DNA of 64,000 bases from Takakia lepidozioides. Its lineage: Eukaryota > Plantae > Bryophyta. A program made the translations under genes and the position numbers. The stretch covers positions 57,784,001 through 57,848,000 of the forward strand of contig CM060731.1 in assembly GCA_030704615.1 (NCBI GenBank), given 5' to 3'. Numbering within the stretch: the stretch's first letter is position 1; each line of letters begins with the position of its first letter. Positions 48,401 to 59,898 of this stretch are shown here, one piece after another. Below the pieces are notes generated by a model, which did not search any database, had not been told where the DNA came from, and saw only the letters and a program-made list of their open reading frames with translations.

Positions 48401-51400
48401 TAATGTTGCAGTGGGTGCAGCGTCTTTAATTGACATCCCCGAGATATATGGATATTGGATAAATGTTGTGGAAGACAAAGATGTTCAGACTTCAAAGCAA
48501 CACCCTGATCAAGTAGCCAACATCCTACCTACCTCCAGCCTACATCTCTTTTCCATGCTCATTCAAAAGTTCTGATGTGGCTGTGGGCTGGCTTCATGAC
48601 ACGTAGCTAGGAAGGTGGAATCACTGGGCCATAGCAGTCCATTGGTTTTCCATCCCTACGTCCACAGGCTTTCACTTGCCCCGTCATGTAGCCTCAGTCA
48701 ATGTAGCCTCAGACGCTTCAATGTCTTGGGTCAGTCAAGTGGGTAATGTTGATGCTAATAATCGGACCACAGATAAAGCTAGATCTAAACGTTGGCCGGG
48801 TAAACGCCCTAGGGTAAGGGGAGTTGGAAATGCAAGAATTTAATAGATTGATAGTATTGAACCCCTACTCTAGAAAAAGAAAAGTGCTTGCAAATGTTGG
48901 ACAGCACTTTGCTTTACACGCACCCACCGAGGTCTGCGATATCCATCAAAGTTAGTAAAGATATGCAGCAGGGTGTGGGTTTCAATCAGGAACCTACACA
49001 GCCTTGGAGAGCATCCTTGCTCACCACAGAATTTTAGTGTTTCTTTATAGATATTGTGAACACCAGGCATCAACCTATTCATTGCTTGTAGGGATATTTT
49101 GGATTAAGAGATCGTCTGAGAAAATGACATCAAAAACGTTGTAGTGTGTGGAGGAGCAATGTCAGCAAAGAAATGCAAGGTGAAATACAGAAGCGACTTG
49201 TTACGGAGCTGAGGACTTTGACTGCGGTAGATTGCATCTGAAAGGGTGCTTGCCTTTATTGGTCGGAAAAACTGGCAGAAGGGGTGACAATGGAAGACTG
49301 CTTTGACGTGTCAAGATCGCAGTGCTCTGCAACAACGTCTCCACCGCTGTGAGGGTAAGATTTGGATACAGCTGATCGATATTCGTGCGAAGCTGGCCCA
49401 TGTCATCCTTTGTGGAGGCAGTGAAACAAAGCCTGGCCAATGACAGTGTCTCAAGTTAGACTACATAAGCAGTAGATGACACTACGGACTTGTTTTCCAT
49501 ATGACCATTTGATTTTAAGGTAAGCATTCTGGGGCACCTCCTGTCCTCCATTTACACTTTGGCACCATTACCCAGATGGATAACTGAATAAACATGAAAG
49601 TGAGAAGTATATCTCTGGACTGCTCTTGATCCAAGATTGATGATAATCCATGCACCCACACACAGAAGTTATGGAGTCCACTGCAGAAGAAATGCACATG
49701 CTGCTGGAGAAAGATAGCCGTAGATGTAACGGGAAGTGACATAACTAGAGAGGCAAAAATTTAGTCTTGCAGAGGGAGAGGCACAGAGCAGTGCACAATG
49801 AAGTGTGCTTCCATCGCCATTGGTAGACCCCTGGACTTACGTGGGACAATAGAAAAGAGAGAAATGAAATGAGATGAAATGGTACTTTTAACGTCCGCGG
49901 AAAGCTCATAGAGCTTATGGGACAAAATGGAAGAAAACATAGGAGGAACTTTGTAGTGTCCACAGGAAGCTCATAGAGCTTATGGGACAAAATGGAAGAA
50001 AACATAGGAGGAACTTTGTAGTGTCCACAGGAAGCTCAAAGAGCTTATGGGAGAAAAGAAAGCAATAAATAAGGAAGTGGGTCTGCAACAACCAGCCCAA
50101 AAAACCACAATTCAACATCAGAAGTTATAATGTCCAAAGGAAGCCCAACTAGCTTATGGGACAAGAACCAGGCCAAAAACCACGATTGAACATCAAAAGA
50201 TCCTCTACGCTGAGATCTTCATGCAGATATGCCACCAGGAATCTCTGATTCCCAACAGACAGACAGGCAGACAGACAGAGACGTTTGCCACAGCATACAG
50301 CATAGGTGCACTTGGGAAAGGTGTTTTACTTGCCAAACGAGCCAGTCTTCAAGTGAGTGCAACAAAGGGCTGTTCCTTCTGCAATGAGACAAGTTGCCAC
50401 CTTCAGTTTTTCGTCTGCTTCTGGTAGTTGAGGTATAAGAGCTCTCACATGTTTTGCCAAATCTCGCATTGCTAGAAGGAGGCTGAAGCATTCAGTGTTG
50501 TTTCGGGAGACCTGGTCCATTCGAGTCACTACATAGGCAACAAGGGACAGTGCTGCCCCTGCCCAATGCAGATTCTGGGCACCGTTCAAGAGATCACGGA
50601 GCACTTTCAAAGCTTCCCCAGACAGCTTTGAGGAGTCAACCTGTCCAACAATTGACACACTCCATCAACATCTATTCCAGGGATGTTACCTGCTAGCTGG
50701 ATGGTAAAATCTTGAAATTACACTACATAAACTGCTTATTTGAGCACCCCCCACATGGTGGTAAGGTCAGCACCAAAGCTGTGCGGCTCAGAAAACCCCC
50801 AAAGCCTTCTTGTCCGAAGCCCAGCCAAAGAAGGGAACATGCAAAGCTTGGAGCTCTTGTCCATAGACCACATTGCTATAACCACGTTTGCGTTGGTGAT
50901 CACAACAGGTTGCGGGTCTCACTACCCCAGTTAGGGACCCACATTAGGAAAGGACAGCATTGATGGAGTTCTCAGCCCATGTTCATGCGATACTTTTTAA
51001 GCTCCCATGTCCTTCTCCAAATCCCTGTCATGGAATGAAAATCGAAGAGTGGCCAGTTCATCCGAATGAGGCTTTGCATCCAAGGCTCACTTCAACGTCG
51101 GGGATTTGAAAGGTTCTGTTAAATTCACAGTGCTGTGTCGGATAGAAGATGAGAAAGAAGTCTCACAGGAGAGCCAGACGATCCACAGTTTTGTCCCACC
51201 ATGTTCAACAGATAGGCCGCGTCCTGGATGTTGGATTGCACATTCCCGCAGTATGTAGATCTTCCATCTTGCTGTGTCTTATTCCGAATTCTATTGAGAG
51301 CCTGTCCACACGCCATTCATCACGATCTTAGTATTTCCAACCATAAAGCCAGTCAAATGGGCAAATGCGCATGCCAGTTGGACTGGTATGCTCAGGGGGG

Positions 51401-51827
51401 TTGTAGCAACTTAGAGAAGGACCCATTATCGGTACAAGAATTTGAAGGTTAAGTTGACTCCGTTCAACTCACTTCAACTGCTAGTCCATACTGTAGAAAG
51501 CTGCCTGAGTAGAGATAGACGCTTTCGAAGTTGGGTAAAGTATATCATAAGCAGTGTTGAAATTTCAGCAATTCCAATTCCTAGGTTGCATCCTTACACC
51601 TCTCTCCACCCCATCCCCATGGTCAAGGAAACGGATTAGTAGTGGCCAACCTGTTCAATCTCCTCCAAAATGTTGTCGAGCTGATATTCATCCTTAATCC
51701 TAAATGCAGACAGCCCCTTGTCGTCTTTGTCTGGCGGTGCTGGGCGGCGTGATTTGGAAACTGCTCCTACAGGTACTAAAACCTCTCGAAGGCTTAAGGC
51801 TCTACAACTGCGCAGTGAATTTCCCAT
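45480..51827 (-). CDS. NLR immune receptor: helical N-terminal domain - NB-ARC - LRR
   Basis: Exons 51651-51827, ~51200-51301, 50330-~50640/50689, 49254-49432, 47332-48347, 46883-47137, 45480-46223. P-loop GMGGIGKS, Walker [36 protein letters not shown]; about nine 24-aa LRRs. The exon 1-3 junctions are less certain. Confidence 0.9.
49855..50215 (-). mobile_element. 3' UTR fragment of LINE family B in NLR intron, with internal ~64-bp tandem repeat
   Basis: (TTTCA)n-like tail and homology to 44850-44947; ggaagctcatagagcttatgggac unit repeated at ~49899, 49965 and 50029. Confidence 0.78.
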
Positions 51828-52527
51828 TGTACACTGCAACTTGTCTCCCCCCCACACACTTGGACTCAAATACCAGCTCTTGCCATGTCTAGCTTACGAT
51901 CATGCCACAAGCTTCGGGAGCGCCATCTTTGGGTGCAGAAGAGAGACGGAAGAGAGGGAGTAGAGGAGTAACAAGAGAAGTACGGCGGAACAGTGAAATG
52001 GGAGCTAGAAAACTTGCTTCAAGCCAGAAATGCATGCAAGGGCAGAGAGGGAGAGCAAGGGACGCTGGCGGTCCAAAGCATGTGGCCCAAGGAGACAAGA
52101 TACGAGTACTGTAGTAGAGTGGAAGTCTGCAGAGAGATGCTGCGCTGCCACAGTCAAAGCTTGTCACACCTCCCTGAGCCATGGCCGCACTGACTTGGCC
52201 ACCTTTACTCACAGCTTTTTAGGTGACTTTATTTCTCATAAAATGGTCCTAGGTTCCAATCACCTACCCGTTTTTCTTCTTTGAGGGCAAACTGAAAGAG
52301 TGAATCACGCTCCACCATCTGATGAGACTCATTGCTTTATACTCAAATTATTCTAGGTAGATGTGGAGAAGACTACCGTCACTTACCCAATGAGTTGAAT
52401 GCAAGCATGGAAACCTTGCAGGTGCGGTCGCGGGGGATGGCCGTACCGGCGACATTCCGAGGGCGCGCTGTCAAACCCACGTCCCCCGCTGCTCCCCTCT
52501 CGCCTGTAAGGTAAATTAAAGCATTAA

Positions 52528-53144
52528 CCCTTAACCGGCCACCAGCCTGGCCCAAAACGGGCTTCAGCGCCCATTTAATCGTAAATGACGTTTTCAAATC
52601 TGCTTCAATTTTTATGAAATTAGTGCGATGGAGTGGCCCCTCTCGTGCACTACCAGGATTGGGCAACTGATTGCCCTAATTTCGAGTTAAAGCAAAGTTG
52701 TCTCATCAGGCAAGCAAGGGGGTCAGGTTTTGATGAAGGTAATTCTGTCTTTTTCATGCTAAGATTTCTTCACATGTGTGTGTGTGGATTATTGTTAGAG
52801 GATCTGACCAGGTTTGACCAAGTGGCAGCACTACATGTGTTGGCCAAATTAGATTACTTTTGGCTTGTTGGATGAGGGATCCCAACTCGCCTCAATTGGA
52901 GTTGATCCTGTCACTCAAATCAGAAATGCTATGTTTCTCGAATGGGCCCCAAAAATAGGTCCCACATTCAATGGTGGTGTTTGATCTGGGGCTAATTGCC
53001 CTGGAAATTGGCAAGTGAGTGTAGGAGGAAGATATGCACATAATGTGTGGTCAATTTGTCAATCTTCTAAAAGTTATACCATTTTTCCACTGCAGGAGTC
53101 CTATTTTTTGAAAAAGTCGAACTATGGCACCGGTCGTTTAAGGG
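52528..53144. mobile_element. piggyBac-like non-autonomous element (MITE)
   Basis: TTAA at 52524-52527 and 53145-53148; TIRs CCCTTAACCGGCC and CCCTTAAACGACC (11/13 match); no coding capacity. Confidence 0.65.
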
Positions 53145-53583
53145 TTAAGCGATTGGGAGCGTAGAAGGAACCGCGGGTTGTGTGGTGGCTAGATGAATAA
53201 GGTATGAGATTCTATCCACTGTTGGTCTAGTATGGTCTTTTGTGATAGCATGAGGGTCTTGGTAGTATAATTTGTTTGCATGTGCGCTTAGGTATGGTTT
53301 CCGATACATAAAGAAAAAACTGGATTCTAATACATGTACGGTGTCATTAATGGACGTCATGCAAATTTGAAAAACTAATATCAACAATGGTATGCATTGC
53401 TCGTACCAAATCAACTCGGGTAAGGTACCAAAAATTGAAGAATTACCATATGAAAGAAGCAACACTACACATATGAAACAAACAAAAACTGAAGGAAGCA
53501 TAACCTACAAGGAGCAAATACTGAAGCAAGAATAACATACAAATACATCCTATACATATATATGAAAAAAGCAGAAACTATAC

Positions 53584-54530
53584 CCAGTCTGGCTTTGTTA
53601 GGAAAATGATGATTCTTGACAACGTCATCCTCGCTAATGAGGCCCTAAGCTTTGCCTCTAATTCCAATCAATCCTTGGCTCTACTTATGCTTGATTTTTG
53701 AAAAGCCTTTGACCAGATTAATTGGAACTTTCTCCTTATGGCTATTCAGGGTGCTGGTATTCACTCTCAATTCCTTTCTTGGGCTAAAATATTTCTCTTC
53801 TCTGCCTCTAGTAGGGTCATGACTAATGGTTACCTTTCCAAGTCCTTTGCTCTTCAGTGCTCTGTCCGGCAGGGTTGCCCTTTATCTCCCTTCATTTTTC
53901 TTATTGCTGCATACTACTTGGGACACCTTGTGGACGCGCAACAGCACATTTTGGATCTTCAAATTCCCTCCCCCTTTTCATCCCTCCCCTTTAACCTCAC
54001 GCTATCTATGTATGCTGATGTCACGGTTTTTTTTACCTCGTAATGACAATTCCCTTAATATATATGCTACTCTCAATACCTGGGACTCGTTCTGGTTGGC
54101 TTCTTGCTTGAAGGTTAATTGGGCTAAATTTGTTGGCATTTATTCTAAGCTCAGTAGCTCTATCAACATTCATCTGCCAATTTGGGAATTGGATAAGGGG
54201 GGATAATGTAAGCTTCTTGGTCACCTTAATATTGGTCATGGCCTTTCTCACTAAGACCGATTTGCTCCGATTTTTCGCTCCCTCAAAACCAGATTGACCT
54301 TTTGGTGTTCTGATCAGCTTTCCTTCACATGGCCCTTGTTGCTAATCAGGTCCTGTTGGCAGAAATTTGGTTCATTGCCTCGGTCTCAGACCCAGGTCCT
54401 TCCATCCTCCAGTCCATTAAAGCTTTGATACGGAATTTCGTGTGGGGTGCCTTTGATGCTATGATTGCAAAACGTACTTTGGTCTCATGGTCTCAGTTGT
54501 GTTTAAAAAAAAAAACAAGGTGGCTTGGGT
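53584..54530 (+). mobile_element. degenerate L1-clade LINE RT fragment
   Basis: QSGFV...ILDNV, LDF*KAFD.INW.FL, VRQGCPLSP, SMYAD, LKVNWAK, IRNFVWG, VSW..LC; stops and frameshifts. Confidence 0.88.
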
Positions 54531-56366
54531 CTCTCTCCGGTGATAGGCCTCACTACCCTATGTGTTGATTGAGTTTAATGGTGCATTTGTGGAGTTGTAG
54601 GATGTCTGCAGTGGAGAATGGTAGTCAAGGCCAATGAGACACCTCAAGCAAAACTAGAACTACAACACAAGAGGTTGGGTGGTGGTGTGAGAATGCATGC
54701 TCACACCAATATGGGCATGCTTGAGCAGAAAAGAACACTCCACAAACCTCTAAAAATATCCAGAGAATATATTATGGCCACACAAAAATGCAGTACTTAC
54801 CAATCTTTAAGCTGAAGCATGAATCAACTCAAGTATCCAGTTGCCAATTCAGCATGAATATCTTTCTGAGACCATAAGTTTCTCTAGTGTGTGGAAGGGC
54901 ATAGTCGACCAGAATGGCAGAACGGCTTGATTGATTGCTTTTGAAGTGACCAAACCGACCAAAAGGGAACCACAAAATGTCCCAGCTCACGTAAGTACTG
55001 AAAAAAAAATGTTCAGTACATGTATGCATGTACTACAGTAGTCTACCAAAAAGATAAATGAATAATTTACCTTCAAAATGGTCAATGTTAGACCAAAAAC
55101 GATGTATCCTTGATCTGCCGTCCGTTTTGCATGGACCTGATTTATAATACCCTGAAGTAACACTACCAATGCAGCTATAAAGAAATAGGGCCCACTACCC
55201 TACTGCAGCAGCATTCCGTGGCACCAGCACTGTTGTCCTCCTGGTGCAACCCACCCAGAGAAAACAAGTTCCCATGTTAGAAGACTTGCACATAACATAC
55301 AGCAAACACTTCACAGTGACTTCCAGCGGCGTTTGTTTTTTATCTTAAATGCAATTCTAAAAGCTGCTATTGAACTACGATTTTGGATCATGTATTGAGA
55401 GAAAACTCCATATATAAATGGCTTGTATCTGAAAACAAACCACACAGCCAGCACCCTTTCTCTCCCTCCTACCTCCTCTTCCTCACCTTTCATCTCCATT
55501 TCCATATCCCTACCACCTTTCTACTACCATTTGCCTGACTTTTAACCATGATGTCAGAAAATGCTTCAACAACATGACCCCAGAAAGTGAGACCCAAACT
55601 CACCTCCAATTTACCACCTGAGATCTGTGGCTCCATGGCCACACTAAGCAGTAATAATCTTCCCTTAAACAACATGTGATACAACCTGCTTTATACACCC
55701 ACTAACTTGCTCACATATCTTCAACACAAAAGGACTGGTGACCACAACATAACCCACGGGTTGGAATGAATCCATCGATAAGCAACACCATCCCAAATCA
55801 TGATCCAAAACCTGGTCTATATAAGAGATTTTGGGGACCTCAGGGGATTACGAATGTGCAAAGCCCTTCAGACTATTTAGAAACCTAGATATCAAGTAAA
55901 ATGAGCACTAGAATGCTGATGAAGGTGGTTTACCTGGTTGCTTGGTGGAGCAAAACAAGCAGAAATGCACGATTCCACAATTTCAAAGTGTATGGCCGAT
56001 AGTTGGGTCTTCGACAATCAGCCAGGGACCATCCCCAGCCCAACTTGCTACTTACTGATACTAGCATCTTATCATTCAGTGCCTGAGCTCCCTCTTTCAA
56101 AGCCTTCAAAGCCTTCAAAGGCCTCCAAGTCCCCTCTTTACCGACAAATCAACTCGAAAATCCACTGCCCACGGGCATCATACTCCATCCACACTCCATA
56201 ATTGCAAGGCAGAAACTCAAACTAACCTAACAACCGATAATTGTTGAAGAGTTGTCTTGACTTCCCACCTCACATTCTATATACAAGTTGAGGACTGCCA
56301 CACCCAGTCTCAACACCTGGTCTTTGCAGAGGTCACAGTTTGGCAGCAATCCACAAGCACATATGG

Positions 56367-59300
56367 TCACGTGGCTCTCTTAGAGGACCCTTCAGCCCTC
56401 CGATCTCCCCCTGAGAATCTTGGCAGATTCAGGAGGGAATTGACACGTGTGACACCTTCCAAGGCTGACCACTCCTCATCATCATCGGCATCCAGCCAGT
56501 CAGCCAGTTTCCGCTGGCGTCGTGACGCACTCTTTTCAATCTCATTGGCAGGCTCACCATGTGTTATCTCTCCCACCTCTGCAGCAGCATCTGATGGACC
56601 ACTTTCTGTGGCTGAGACAGTCAGATGACTACTTTGTGTTAGCTCCCCATCATCTGGCACAATTCGGTCCTTTCGAGGGTCGACCATTTCCAAATGGTGG
56701 TCCGACGGCTGTTGAGCTACACCATTGTGATCTTCATGAATAGGTGCACCAAGCTTGGAACTTGATTTCTCTTCATTAAGGATTGGCCCAGAGATTGGAC
56801 TACAAGTTGAAACTGTGCCATCCAGATAGAGACACACAACTGCACAGTCATCCACTTTGGACGTTGGGTACTTGAGCCTCCACACACGAATGGCTGATTC
56901 TACCAGAGATCGGGCTGCAGTTGCACGCGTTGGTGCTGATGCAACGATATTCACAACTTCCTCATTGCTCAGCACGTCCCATACCTGCACACAGTTTCAT
57001 GATGTTACTCAAGAATCTGTTATTTCCTGAAGGACATGTACAACTACATGCGAAGTTTAAGACTTATCAGAAGTTGACTTGACTTTCATATTCCACATGT
57101 GGCTAAAAGATGCATCTGCAGAAAAAAGCTCCATGACCCCTAGGTCCAAAAAACCAACCTTCAGAGATGGCACATAGCTCTCCTATAAAGCTGGCAAAAC
57201 CGTATGACTTGCTTATAGTACCACTGTGTATGCTGGCACATACAATGATAGGAAAATTTGACTGGCACTTCCACTGGTACTAAAGGCAGTACAGCAGAAG
57301 AGAGAGAAGTCCATCATGAAAGTTACACATACCCCATCGGTTGCAAGGACAATGAACTGGTCTCTGTCAGTCAAATGGCGATAAGAAAGTTCGGGGACGG
57401 CGATGACACCATAATCTTTCAAGCAGAAGTCACCAAATGCCCTAGCCATGGCTAACCCTGGGGAATTGTCAAATGGCAGCCACACTCGGGAAACCTCTGG
57501 CTCATCATGCAGAGCAAACACTCGTCCCTTACATTGTCTGATCCGCTCTGCTTCCTCTGTTAGATTAACAGACCAACTTCAAAGAATGTGAATGACTAGG
57601 TGAGAAGGGCGTGCAAGGGACAACTACACAGAGACATGCATTATGGGTTCAAGATTTCTGACAAAGGTTGCCTGTTTCAAATTGTCGAAGACTTTTGCAA
57701 ACAGTAAACATTACGGCTGTTTGTACACTGGAAGAACCAGACGACTGCAGCTTTGGATGCAAGGGAAGCAATGACTTATGCAAGAACCATGAAAGCTGAC
57801 GATGTTGCACACCCTTAAGACCGCCACCTTAAGCTCAACACAAATATGTCCCTGCAGGCCTTGGAGCTCCGAGGCAAAGGATACTCCAGCACTGCTTGTG
57901 GGAACCATAGCCACTAGATGGAATTGTACCATTTGATAGCTCAAAATTGAGCCAACTTCAGCAGTGCCACAGCTTCATCTTTTCTGAAAAGGCTTTCTGA
58001 ATGCATATAAGAACACGAATAGTGTTGTTGGAGGTTACTCACGTGGCAAGTTCGGCTTCAAGTCAACTGTCAACTGCACACCTATCAATGAGTCATTCTC
58101 ATCTTTGGTTCCCATGATCGCTCGCGAGTCCCCAACATTCGCAATTACAAGATCTTGGCCCTATGAGTTGGAAGACAGCATGAGATTATGTCACATCTTA
58201 GAAGGAACCACTGCTTCCAACATGATTCAGTAGAATAATGACCTGAACATGAGGTTACATGGATATGGAATTTAAAACAGGCCCTTAAAACCTTCATTTG
58301 AAACCAATAATCACAAACCACGGAAGGACCTGTCCCACCTTCTTCTAGGATGTAACCCTTATAGGTCTTGAATGAAGGTAAGAAACTTGCACACCTGCTT
58401 CAAAACTGTTACAGCTGTTGTCCCGCTGCAGAAGCAGTCAATGCCTGGATGAGATCGCAGTTCCTTATCCATAACTCTGTAAGCCGTCAAGTGTGATTCC
58501 TTCCAACGCTCAAACATCACCGGGTATACTTCCAAGTCACTCTCCACTATTACATCTTCACTTAGGTCAGTTTGTGGAGACTCTGACATTTCATTGTGCT
58601 TCTCTGGTTCCTTGGCTTCCATCTCCATGGTCTCCTGCGTGCTACTTACAGTATTGTCATGACCTGCCTCTGTGACTACCCCTGTTCCAGCTGGTTTGTT
58701 CTCTTCCGCAGCAGCCACTTCTTCCCGCCAATAGCTTACCAGTTTTGAAGGCAGTGAATCTCTTACCCTTCTGGCAACAAGGTGACCATATGGCCCATGG
58801 CCATCAAAAACTCCACAGAAGACTGTGTCCGCGGTGGATGCAAAACCCTGCTTGAGATTAAATACAAAGAGTCCAGCTTAGTTTTGAGCATGATATGAAT
58901 GCCATCGCCCCAAAATTCTGCTCAACCAACACCAGCAATTGGCCCCTTTATTTCTCTGCATTGAGCTTGCAGGTGAGTGAGCCTTTTCTAGGAGTGGGAC
59001 ATGGTGCACTAGGTGTTCCTACGTTATCCATGCACCAATCCTGTGTTCAACAAGAATGTACTTCCTTTGACCTTGTTCTATATTTGCCATTTTTCACTTT
59101 CACTTTCTCTCTCTCTCTCTCTCTCTCCCGCTCAAACTGGGCGCGGGGTCAATGGCCACAAGGCTACGGCAAACAACGTCTTATGAGTACAATCTCTCTC
59201 TCTCTCCCCCTCCTGCCAACAGCATCTTATGAGTACATTCCCTCCCTCCTGCCAAACCAGTTGACGTTGCTAGCTGCATTTACTTTTGGCCAGGAGGTCT

Positions 59301-59729
59301 TAGTGCTCTGTGAAAAGATAACCAACTTGTTTCAATGCGTCATGGAACTCCAGCTTTAAGATACTTGTCTTCCCAAGAGAGTTCAGAACAAACAAAGACA
59401 ACTTATTATCTTTACCAAGAAATGCAAGCCATTGGTCCCACATACAGGTACACAAAGTACATAATCAAATGCAGCCTTACCTCCCAGACAACCATGGCAT
59501 CTTGATTTATTCCCTTTCGCCCCTGCTGAGTAAATATACATGACATGTTGCTCGCACCATTGGAAAACATCCGGCCTGGAGCTAGAGCTAGTAATGCATC
59601 GTTTTTTGACTCAGCAGACAAAGTCTCCATAGCCTCTTTCTTTAGCTCTTTCTTCCTCTGCCGTCTTCCTTTAACTTTTTTGCGTATATTTCCAGCTGCT
59701 GCCGCTTGAGTTGACACACAGGCACCCAT
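56367..59729 (-). CDS. protein phosphatase 2C, clade E-like, with MGACVS N-terminus
   Basis: Exons 59481-59729, 58395-58847, 58043-58160, 57333-57556, 56367-56984; motifs QQGRKGINQDAM, CGVFDGHG, SGTTAV, NVGDSRA, GLAMARAFGD, LATDGVWDV, KVDDCAVVCL, EEWSALEGVTRVNSLLNLPRF. Confidence 0.95.
59130..59192 (+). mobile_element. 63-bp 3' end of LINE family A within (TC)n in PP2C intron 1
   Basis: matches the last ~63 nt of the 4174-6133 copy; (TC)n-CC duplicated on both sides. Confidence 0.9.
59220..59243 (+). mobile_element. second micro-insertion of the LINE A 3' tip
   Basis: cagcatcttatgagtaca flanked by direct repeat ccctcctgccaa (59208-59219, 59244-59255). Confidence 0.65.
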
Positions 59730-59870
59730 TTTGAAAAGTCTTTGCAATAACACCACCCTCTTCACCTTTCAAGCTTCCGAGGGGTGCACACTGAGTCAGA
59801 TCCTTGCCCTTCTATTTTTCCAGCCAGAGGAAATGCCTGCTCTTACTCTTTACTCTTAACTGCCACACCC

Positions 59871-59898
59871 GCTGTGGCAAACAACGTCTTATGAGTAT
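59871..59898 (+). mobile_element. third micro-insertion of the LINE A 3' tip, upstream of the PP2C ATG
   Basis: ggcaaacaacgtcttatgagta; imperfect flanking repeat ttac(t/c)cttaact. Confidence 0.7.

Noticed and set aside
54600-55330. Possible exon remnants on the minus strand
   Set aside because: Short frames with no recognisable homology
59730-59765. Upstream extension MKRVVLLQRLFK of the PP2C ORF
   Set aside because: Starts at a non-ATG codon; MGACVS at 59729 fits the family's N-acylation motif
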